DNA of 64,000 bases from an uncultured Candidatus Binatia bacterium (GTDB lineage: Bacteria > Desulfobacterota > Binatia > Bin18), in contig OZ241744.1 of the NCBI GenBank assembly GCA_965200965.1, positions 1,024,001 to 1,088,000 on the forward strand, in the 5' to 3' direction. The notes under the pieces were generated by a model. The model saw only the letters and a list, made by a program, of their open reading frames with translations, did not search any database and had not been told where the DNA came from. The position numbers and the translations under genes were made by a program. Position 1 is the first letter of the stretch. Each line of letters starts with the position of its first letter. Positions 29,181 through 36,789 of the stretch are shown piece by piece.

Positions 29181-30479
29181 ATGGCTTGGGATTTTGAGAC
29201 AGAGCCGGAGTTTCAGACCGAACTTGACTGGATAGACCGCTTTGTGGCTGAGGAAGTCGAGCCCCTCGACCATGTGCTGGGCAACCCGTATGACATCCAC
29301 AACCCGCGCCACCAGAAAATCGTGCCCAGCCTCCAGGCCGAGGTCAAACGCCGCGGCCTGTGGGCCTGCCATCTGGGGCCGGAGCTGGGCGGCAAGGGCT
29401 ATGGGCAGCTCAAGCTGGGCCTGATGAACGAAATCCTGGGCCGTTCACGCTTTGCACCGATTGTCTTTGGCTGTCAGGCCCCGGACACCGGCAACAGCGA
29501 AATCCTGGCCCACTACGGCAGCCCGGAGCACAAGGAGCGATACCTGAAACCGCTGCTCAACGGCGAGATGGTGTCGTGCTTTTCCATGACCGAGCCGCAC
29601 GCCGGGGCCGACCCCAAGATGTTCCGGTGCAGGGCCGAGCGGGACGGCGATTTCTGGGTCATCAACGGCGAGAAGTGGTTTTCGTCCAACGCCCGCTGGG
29701 CCACGTTTCTGATCGTCATGGTTGTAACCGACCCGGACGCCCCGCCCTACCAGCGGATGTCCATGTTCATCGTGCCGGCCGACACCCCCGGCATTCACAT
29801 CAAGCGCAATGTCGGCCTGGCCGATGAGGTCGAGGGCGAAGGCGACCACGCCTACATCCACTACGACCATGTGCGCGTGCCGGCCGAAAATATGCTGGGC
29901 GGCCCCGGCCAGGGCTTTGAGGTCGCTCAGACCCGCTTGGGCGGTGGCCGCATCCACCACGCCATGCGGACCATCGGCCAGATCAGGAAATCGTTTGACA
30001 TGATGTGCGAGCGGGTCCTGTCGCGGGAGACCCAGGGCGAAATCCTGGCCACCAAGCAGATGGTGCAGGAGAAGATCGCCGACTCATGGATGGAGATTGA
30101 GCAGTTCCGGCTGTTTGTACTGCGGACCGCCTGGCGGATTGACAAGTACAAAGACTACCGCAAGGTGCGCAAAGACATTGCCGCCATCAAGGCCGTCATG
30201 CCCAAGGTCTTCCACGATGTGGCCTACCGCGCTCTGCACCTGCACGGCTCGCTCGGCGTATCCAACGAAATGCCCTTCTCCAGGCAGATCACCGAGTCGT
30301 TTGTCATGGGCCTGGCCGACGGCCCGACCGAGGTTCACAAGATCACCGTCGCCCGCCAGATTCTGCGCGAGTACGAGGGCACTAAGGGCCTGTTTCCAAC
30401 CGGCCACCTGCCGGCCCTGCGCGAGCGGGCGATTCGGAAGTACGGGGAGGTGTTGGAGATGGAAGTCGGAAATCTGTAG
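29181..30479 (+). CDS. Acyl-CoA dehydrogenase (ACAD10/11-like)
   Basis: QAPDTGNSEIL, CFSMTEP, INGEKWFSS, QTRLGGGRIHH, LADGPTEVH. Confidence 0.92.
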   Translation: MAWDFETEPEFQTELDWIDRFVAEEVEPLDHVLGNPYDIHNPRHQKIVPSLQAEVKRRGLWACHLGPELGGKGYGQLKLGLMNEILGRSRFAPIVFGCQAPDTGNSEILAHYGSPEHKERYLKPLLNGEMVSCFSMTEPHAGADPKMFRCRAERDGDFWVINGEKWFSSNARWATFLIVMVVTDPDAPPYQRMSMFIVPADTPGIHIKRNVGLADEVEGEGDHAYIHYDHVRVPAENMLGGPGQGFEVAQTRLGGGRIHHAMRTIGQIRKSFDMMCERVLSRETQGEILATKQMVQEKIADSWMEIEQFRLFVLRTAWRIDKYKDYRKVRKDIAAIKAVMPKVFHDVAYRALHLHGSLGVSNEMPFSRQITESFVMGLADGPTEVHKITVARQILREYEGTKGLFPTGHLPALRERAIRKYGEVLEMEVGNL

Positions 30480-30486
30480 GCCAGTG

Positions 30487-30585
30487 ATGAAATATGTCAT
30501 GGTGGTTGAGAAGACGGACAGCGGCTACTCGGCGTACTCACCGGACATTGACGGCTGTGTGGCGACAGGGGCAAGCAAGGAGGCA
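30487..30585 (+). pseudogene. hicB: HicB antitoxin N-terminal stub
   Basis: MKYVMVVEKTDSGYSAYSPDIDGCVATGASKEA, then similarity stops. Confidence 0.75.
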
Positions 30586-30599
30586 TTGGGGGTGAGGCT

Positions 30600-30824
30600 A
30601 TGGCAATTACTCCGCTCAAGACCAAACGGGACTACCGGCGGGCGTTGCAGGAGATAGAGGGGCTGATGACGGCAGAGCACAATACGCCGGACGGCGACCG
30701 CCTTGAGGTCCTGACGAGTCTCGTTGAGGCTTGGGAAGCGAGGCACTATCCGCTCGACTTGCCCGGCCCGGTGGCCACACTGCGTTATCACATGCAGGTC
30801 GGATTGCGAAGCGTAATCCGATAA
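30600..30824 (+). pseudogene. higA: HigA-type antitoxin truncated before its HTH by the REP element
   Basis: MAITPLKTKRDYRRALQEIEGLM.A...TPDGDRLEVL..LVEAWEARHYPLDLP.PV..LRYHM, then runs into the REP at 30794. Confidence 0.8.
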
Positions 30825-30870
30825 TTTCCCTGGAGGTGGGGAATTTGTGGCGGGAGCGCGGTCATTTATT
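30794..30870. repeat. REP-like palindrome copy 4 plus ankyrin-gene 3' trailer
   Basis: GCAGGTCGGATTGCGAAGCGTAATCCGATA ATTTCCCTGGAGGTGGGG...; inverted match to 21633-21717. Confidence 0.88.
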
Positions 30871-33800
30871 ATGGTGTGCGTCTTGAAGCTGCCGATACAC
30901 ATCTGTGCCTTTCAGCTTGTCATTCTTCTGGATCAAGTCAGAAGGAGTCTGACCAGATGCGGTCTTGGCTGTCGGGTCTGCCCCGCCTTCAAGCAAGGCC
31001 GTTACCACGGCCAGGGTCTCACTGGACGCCGCCGCATCATGCAGGGGGGTCTCGCTGGCCTCCGTTCGGGCGTTTACGTCCGCCCCCGCTTCAAGCAAGA
31101 CCGCTACCACAGCCGGGGTCTTACTGTGCCTCGCCGCAAGATGTAGGGGGGTCCTGCCGTCCTCAGCTTGGGCGTTTACGTCCGCCCCGCCTTCAAGCAA
31201 GACCGTTACCACGACCGGGGTCTCACTGTACCTCGCCGCATAATGCAGGGGGGTCTCGCCGGCCTCCGTTCGGGCGTGGATGTCCGCCCCGCCTTCAAGC
31301 AAGACCGCTACCACAGCCGGGGTCTCACTGTGCCTCGCCGCAACATGCAGGGGGGTCCTGCCGTCCTCCGTTCGGGCGTGGATGTCCGCCCCGCCTTCAA
31401 GCAAGGCCGTCACCACGGCCAGGGTCTTGCTGTCCTCCGCCGCAACATGCAGGGGGGTCTCGCCGGCCTCCGTTCGGGCGTTTACGTCCGCTCCGCCTTC
31501 AAGCAAGGCCGTTACCACGGCCGGGGTCTTGCTGGACCTTGCCGCATCATGCAGGGGGGTCCTGCCGGCCTCCGTTCGGGCGTGGATGTCCGCCCCCGCT
31601 TCAAGCAAGACCGTTATGACGGACGGGGTTTCACTGTGCCTCGCCGCATAATGCAGGGGAGTCCTGCCGCCCTGATCTTGGGCGTTTATGTCCGCCCCGC
31701 CTTCAAGCAAGACCGTTACCACGACCGGGGTCTCACTGTACATTGCCGCATCATGCAGGGGAGTCCTGCCGCCCTGATCTTGGGTGCTTATGTCCGCCCC
31801 GCCTTCAAGCAAGGCCGTTACTACGCCCGGGGGCTTGCTGGACCTTGCCGCAAAATGCAGGGGGGTCCTGCCGGCCTGATCTTGGGCGTTTACGTCCGCC
31901 CCGCCTTCAAGCAAGACCGTTACCACGACCAGGGTCTTGCTGTACCTTGCCGCATCATGCAGGGGGGTCCTGCCGCCCTTACCTTGGGCGTTTATGTCCG
32001 CCCCCGCTTCGAGCAAAACCGTTACCACAGCCGGGGTCGTGCTGGACGCCGCAGCATCATGCAGGGGAGTTCTGCCGGCCTGATCTTGGGCGTGGATGTC
32101 CGCCCCGCCTTCAAGCAAGACCGCTACCACAGCCGGGGTCTCACTGTGCCTCGCCGCAAGATGTAGGGGGGTCCTGCCGAGCCAACCAGCTCGGGCGTTT
32201 ACGTCCGCCCCGCCTTCAAGCAAGACCGTTACCACGACCAGGGGCTTGCTGGACTCCACCGCAACATGCAGGGGGGTCCTGCCGGCCTGATCTTGGGCGT
32301 TTACATCCGCCCCGCCTTCAAGAAAGGCCGTTACCACGGCCGGGGGCTTGTTGGATTCCACCGCAAGATGCAGGGGGGTCCTGCCGCGGGATGCGTCTTC
32401 AAGCCACCGATACACCTCTGTGCCTCTCAGCTTGTAATTCTTCTGGATCAAGTCAAAAGGAGTCTGACCAGATACGGTCTTGGCTGTCGGGTCTGCCCCG
32501 CCTTCAAGCAAGGCCGTTACTACGGCCGGAGTCTTGCTGGACCTTGCTGCAAAATGCAGGGGGGTAAAGCCGGCCTCATCTCGGGCGCTTATGTCCGCCC
32601 CCGCTTCAAGCAAGACCGTTACCACAGCCGGGAGATTGCTGAACCTCGCCGCATAATGCAGGGGGGTCCGGCCGGACTTAGTTCGGGCCTTTATGTCCGC
32701 CCCCGCTTCAAGCAAGACCGTTACCACAGCCGGGAGATTGCTGGACGCCGCAGCAAGATACAAGGGGGTAAGATCGTACTGATCTCGGGCGCTCATGTCC
32801 GCCCCCGCTTCAAGCAAGACCGTCACCACAGCCGGGGTCGTGCTGGACGCCGCAGCATCATGCAGGGGAGTTCTGCCGGCCTGACTTTGGGCGCTTATGT
32901 CCGCCCCCGCTTCAAGCAAGACCGTCACCACAGCCGGGGTCGTGCTGGACGCCGCAGCATCATGCAGGGGAGTTCCGCCGTCCTGACTTTGGGCGCTTAT
33001 GTCCGCCCCCGCTTCAAGCAAGACCGTCACCACGACCGGAGTCTTGCTGAACGCCGCAGCATCATGCAGGGGAGTTCTGCCGGCCTGACTTTGGGCGCTT
33101 ATGTCCGCCCCCGCTTCAAGCAAGGCCGTTACCACGACCAGGGTCTTGCTGGACATCGCCGCATAATGCAAGGGGGTCCTGCCGTCCTGATCTTGGGCGT
33201 GGATATCCGCCCCCGCTTCGAGCAAGACCGCTACCACGGCCGGAGTCTTGCTGAACGCCGCCGCAACATGCAGGGGGGTCTCGCCGCCCTCCGATCGGGC
33301 GTGGATGTCCGCCCCCGCTTCAAGCAAGACCGTTATGACGGACGGGGTTTCACTGTGCATCGCCGCACCATGCAGGGGGGTCTCGCCGGCCTCCGTTCGG
33401 GCGTTTACGTCCGCCCCGCCTTCAAGCAAGGCCGTTACCACGGCCAGGGGCTTGCTGGACCTTGCCGCATCATGCAGGGGGGTCCTGCCGCCCTTACCTT
33501 GGGCGTTTATGTCCGCCCCCGCTTCGAGCAAAACCGTTACCACAGCCGGGGGCTTGCTGGACCTCGCCGCATAATGCAGAGGGGTCTCGCCGGCCTCCGT
33601 TCGGGCGTTTACGTCCGCCCCCGCTTCAAGCAAGACCGCTACCACAGCCGGGGTCTCACTGTACCTCGCCGCAAGATGCAGGGGGGTCTCGCCGTCCTCA
33701 GCTTGGGCGTTTACGTCCGCCCCGCCTTCAAGCAAAGCCGTTACTACGACCGGGGGCTTGCTGGACATCGCCGCAAGATGCAGGGGGGTCCTGCCGGCCT

Positions 33801-34950
33801 CATTTTGGGCGTTTACGTCCGCCCCGCCTTCAAGCAAGACCGTTACCACGGCCGGGGTCTCACTGGACGCCGCCGCATCATGCAGGGGAGTCCTGCCGGT
33901 CTCCGTTCGGGCGTTTACGTCCGCCCCGCCTTCAAGCAAGGCCGTTACCACGACCGGGGTCTCACTGGACGCCGCCGCAACATGCAGGGGAGTCCTGCCG
34001 GTCTCCGTTCGGGCGTTTACGTCCGCCCCGCCTTCAAGCAAGGCCGTTACCACGACCGGGGTCTCACTGGACGCCGCCGCAACATGCAGGGGAGTCCTGC
34101 CGAGCCAACTAGCTCGGGCGTGTATATCCGCCCCGCCTTCAAGCAAGGCCGTTACTACGGCGGCCAGGGTCTTGCTGGACATTGCCGCATCATGCAGGGG
34201 AGTCCTGCCGAGCCAACTAGCTCGGGCGTGTATATCCGCCCCGCCTTCAAGCAAGGCCGTTACCACGGCCGGGGTCTTGCTGTCCTCCGCCGCAAAATGC
34301 AGGGGGGTCTCGCCGGCCTCCGTTCGGGCGTTTACGTCCGCCCCGCCTTCAAGCAAGGCCGTTACCACGACCAGGGTCTTGCTGGACCTTGCCGCATCAT
34401 GCAGGGGGGTCCTGCCGGCCTCCGTTCGGGCGTGGATGTCCGCCCCCGCTTCAAGCAAGACCGTTATGACGGACGGGGTTTCACTGTGCCTCGCCGCATC
34501 ATGCAGGGGGGTCTCGCCGACCTCCGTTCGGGCGTGGATGTCCGCCCCCGCTTCAAGCAAGACCGTTATGACGGACGGGGTTTCACTGTGCCTCGCCGCA
34601 TCATGCAGGGGGGTCTCGCCGACCTCCGTTCGGGCGTGGATGTCCGCCCCCGCTTCAAGCAAGACCGTTATGACGGACGGGGTCTCACTGTGCCTCGCCG
34701 CATCATGCAGGGGAGTCCTGCCGCCCTGATCTTGGGCGTTTATGTCCGCCCCCGCTTCGAGCAAGACCGTTATGACGGCCGGGGTTTCACTGTGCCTCGC
34801 CGCACTATGCAGGGGGGTCCTGCCGTCCTGATCTTGGGCGTTTACGTCCGCTCCGCTGGCCAGCACTGCCTTAACGGCTTCCGGGGTAGCGGATTTCCAG
34901 AAGTTTTCATCGAATAATTGCAGTGTGTTCAGGGTAGACATTTGTCGCAT
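30862..34950 (-). CDS. Giant ankyrin-repeat protein (37 repeats, two C-caps, no signal peptide)
   Basis: 37 TPLH(Y)xAAxxS...LLExGAD units counted as 23+14; likely ATG 34950 with AAGGA RBS. Confidence 0.95.
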   Translation of the reverse strand: MRQMSTLNTLQLFDENFWKSATPEAVKAVLASGADVNAQDQDGRTPLHSAARHSETPAVITVLLEAGADINAQDQGGRTPLHDAARHSETPSVITVLLEAGADIHARTEVGETPLHDAARHSETPSVITVLLEAGADIHARTEVGETPLHDAARHSETPSVITVLLEAGADIHARTEAGRTPLHDAARSSKTLVVVTALLEGGADVNARTEAGETPLHFAAEDSKTPAVVTALLEGGADIHARASWLGRTPLHDAAMSSKTLAAVVTALLEGGADIHARASWLGRTPLHVAAASSETPVVVTALLEGGADVNARTETGRTPLHVAAASSETPVVVTALLEGGADVNARTETGRTPLHDAAASSETPAVVTVLLEGGADVNAQNEAGRTPLHLAAMSSKPPVVVTALLEGGADVNAQAEDGETPLHLAARYSETPAVVAVLLEAGADVNARTEAGETPLHYAARSSKPPAVVTVLLEAGADINAQGKGGRTPLHDAARSSKPLAVVTALLEGGADVNARTEAGETPLHGAAMHSETPSVITVLLEAGADIHARSEGGETPLHVAAAFSKTPAVVAVLLEAGADIHAQDQDGRTPLHYAAMSSKTLVVVTALLEAGADISAQSQAGRTPLHDAAAFSKTPVVVTVLLEAGADISAQSQDGGTPLHDAAASSTTPAVVTVLLEAGADISAQSQAGRTPLHDAAASSTTPAVVTVLLEAGADMSARDQYDLTPLYLAAASSNLPAVVTVLLEAGADIKARTKSGRTPLHYAARFSNLPAVVTVLLEAGADISARDEAGFTPLHFAARSSKTPAVVTALLEGGADPTAKTVSGQTPFDLIQKNYKLRGTEVYRWLEDASRGRTPLHLAVESNKPPAVVTAFLEGGADVNAQDQAGRTPLHVAVESSKPLVVVTVLLEGGADVNARAGWLGRTPLHLAARHSETPAVVAVLLEGGADIHAQDQAGRTPLHDAAASSTTPAVVTVLLEAGADINAQGKGGRTPLHDAARYSKTLVVVTVLLEGGADVNAQDQAGRTPLHFAARSSKPPGVVTALLEGGADISTQDQGGRTPLHDAAMYSETPVVVTVLLEGGADINAQDQGGRTPLHYAARHSETPSVITVLLEAGADIHARTEAGRTPLHDAARSSKTPAVVTALLEGGADVNARTEAGETPLHVAAEDSKTLAVVTALLEGGADIHARTEDGRTPLHVAARHSETPAVVAVLLEGGADIHARTEAGETPLHYAARYSETPVVVTVLLEGGADVNAQAEDGRTPLHLAARHSKTPAVVAVLLEAGADVNARTEASETPLHDAAASSETLAVVTALLEGGADPTAKTASGQTPSDLIQKNDKLKGTDVYRQLQDAHHNK
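30949..34818. repeat. 102-bp tandem repeat array encoding 34-aa ankyrin units
   Basis: GTCCGCCCC(C/G)…CTTCAAGCAAG core recurs every ~102 bp; three units are 105-108 bp. Confidence 0.95.
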
Positions 34951-34960
34951 TGGGCATTCC

Positions 34961-35182
34961 TTAGTCCGTAGCAACGAGCTCATGCCGGACCGTATCCCAG
35001 TATAATACCAGGTCTGAGGGGTCGCGGAGCCCTTGCAGGGCTACCGTCAGGTCGTCAAAGTCCTCCAGGTATCGTTCAACCGCCTGGCGAACGACGGCCG
35101 CACGGCTGCGGTTCAACTCGGTGGCGGCCATGTCCAGGGCTTCAACGAGGGCGTCCGGCAGGCGCGCGGCTATCCGGCGCAT
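34961..35182 (-). CDS. Ribbon-helix-helix (CopG/RelB-like) antitoxin with no toxin downstream
   Basis: IAARLPDALVEALD...LNRSRAAVVRQAVERYLEDFDDL..AL..LRDPSD.VL.WD.VRHEL. Confidence 0.8.
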   Translation of the reverse strand: MRRIAARLPDALVEALDMAATELNRSRAAVVRQAVERYLEDFDDLTVALQGLRDPSDLVLYWDTVRHELVATD

Positions 35183-35199
35183 ACCTGAGACGCTATCCA

Positions 35200-35796
35200 T
35201 CACACATTTTCCAAACTCAACGCGGTATCCAGCTCGGGGTCAAGCTGGACGCCGAGGGTGTTGAGGGCCATTGAGACCAGGTTGTACTGGCCGATGGCAA
35301 ACACGATGTCCATCAACTGCCGGGTGGTGTAGTGGGCACTCAAGCCCTGCCAAGTGGCGTCGCTGATGCAGGCGTCGGCGTGGAGTTCGTCGGTGGCTGT
35401 GAGCAACAGCCGGTCGCGCTCGCTCCAGCCCGGGGCGTCCGGGCCTTGGGCAATGCGGCGCACCTCGTCTTTGCTCATGCCGGCATCAAGGCCGATCTTG
35501 ACATGCTGGGTCCACTCATAATTGGCCCGACACAGATAGCCGATGCGCAGGATGACCAGCTCGCGTTCGCGGGCCGGAACGGTCGATTTGAACAGCACAT
35601 GGTTGGCAAACACCAGCCAGCGGCGGAACAGGTCCGGATGGTGGGCCATGGTCTTGAAGATGTTATACACCGTGCCGGTGCCGACCATTGGCCGGAAAAT
35701 CTCCTGGACCTGTTCGTCCCAGTGGTCTTGTTCCAGGGGCGGGACACGCGGGGTGCCCGGTCGGGTGCTCATGCGGGTACTTGTGCGGGTGCTCAT
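35200..35796 (-). CDS. Carboxymuconolactone decarboxylase family protein
   Basis: NIFKTMAHHP, RERELVILR, YEWTQH, YNLVSMALNTLGV. Confidence 0.88.
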   Translation of the reverse strand: MSTRTSTRMSTRPGTPRVPPLEQDHWDEQVQEIFRPMVGTGTVYNIFKTMAHHPDLFRRWLVFANHVLFKSTVPARERELVILRIGYLCRANYEWTQHVKIGLDAGMSKDEVRRIAQGPDAPGWSERDRLLLTATDELHADACISDATWQGLSAHYTTRQLMDIVFAIGQYNLVSMALNTLGVQLDPELDTALSLENV

Positions 35797-35821
35797 GGGG
35801 TCCTCCTTGTGGGTGGCCGGC

Positions 35822-36697
35822 TCAGATGCGCGGCGTGCCTTCCGGCTCCGGAATGACCGGGTTTTCAAGCTGGCCGATTTTGTCAATCGTAATCCTGACC
35901 GTATCGCCCGGCCGCAGCATCCGGGGGGGCTTCATGGCAAAGCCGACCCCGCTCGGCGTGCCGGTTGAAATTACGTCGCCCGGCTCCAGGGTGAACACGG
36001 TTGACAGGTGCTCAACCAGCGCAAAGCAGTCGAACAGCAACTCGCGCGTGTTGGAGTCCTGGCGCAACTCGCCGTTGACCCAGGTCTTGATAGCCAGGCC
36101 GTGGGGGTCGCCTATCTCATCCGCGGTGACAATACACGGTCCGAGCGGGCAGTGGGTGTCCCAGGACTTGCCCATTGTGAAGGTCGGTACCCGCAACTGC
36201 CAGTCACGGACGCTGACATCGTTGGCAATCGTATAGCCGGCAATCACCTCAGCCGCCCGGCTTTTGGGCACATGGCGGCAGAAGCGGCCGATGACGACCG
36301 CCAGCTCACACTCATAGTCCACCTGGTCTGAGGCACGCGGAATATGGATCGGGTCGCTCGGGCCGGTAACTGCGGTTGACTGCTTGTTGAAGATCATCGG
36401 CACTGTGGGCGTTTTCATGCCGGCCTCGGCAATGTGATCTGTATAGTTCAGGCCAACGGCCAGAATCTTGGGCGGACGCAGGATGGGCGCTTCAATTTTG
36501 AGCTCGTCCAGCCCAAGGCGGCCCGCGCCCGTGTGGGTGGCCTGCTGGGCCGCGGCCAGGGCCGGGCTGCCGGCCTCAAGCAAGGCGCACATTTCGCGCG
36601 GGAGCTCGGGGGCCGCGGCCGACAGGTCTATCACTGCCCCGTTCTCCAGGACACCGATACGGGTTGCGCCAACGTGGGTGAATGTGACCAGTTTCAT
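35822..36697 (-). CDS. Fumarylacetoacetate hydrolase family protein
   Basis: KILAVGLNY.DH, VDYECEL, NDVSVRDWQ, PGDVISTGTP. Confidence 0.92.
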   Translation of the reverse strand: MKLVTFTHVGATRIGVLENGAVIDLSAAAPELPREMCALLEAGSPALAAAQQATHTGAGRLGLDELKIEAPILRPPKILAVGLNYTDHIAEAGMKTPTVPMIFNKQSTAVTGPSDPIHIPRASDQVDYECELAVVIGRFCRHVPKSRAAEVIAGYTIANDVSVRDWQLRVPTFTMGKSWDTHCPLGPCIVTADEIGDPHGLAIKTWVNGELRQDSNTRELLFDCFALVEHLSTVFTLEPGDVISTGTPSGVGFAMKPPRMLRPGDTVRITIDKIGQLENPVIPEPEGTPRI

Positions 36698-36789
36698 ACG
36701 CTCTCCTCCTGTACGCGCCGGTCTTGCCGACTTGCTCCCGGAGCCTAGCAGATTCCGTGGGCTGGGAGTATACGCGGGCGGGCCGCCCC

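Noticed and set aside
2453-30823. Integron attC sites for the four hairpins
   Set aside because: No RYYYAAC/GTTRRRY core ends, too short, mixed orientation, no intI.
30949-34818. CRISPR array interpretation of the 102-bp periodic repeats
   Set aside because: Whole units are homologous and in-frame coding; there are no unique spacers and no cas genes.
32266-34917. 883-aa plus-strand repetitive ORF (also 31168-32166, 33758-34729 and others)
   Set aside because: Antisense shadow of the ankyrin array: a stop-free 102-bp unit repeated gives long ORFs, and it breaks where a synonymous CTA occurs on the real strand.
30862-34950. Diversity-generating retroelement as the source of NNT/NNC/NNG variation
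   Set aside because: No reverse transcriptase or template repeat in the window, and first positions are rarely A. Not excluded in trans; a genome-wide RT/TR search would decide.
35761-35796. Three 12-bp repeats ([12 protein letters not shown]) at the start of the CMD gene
   Set aside because: Short local duplication with no evident function.
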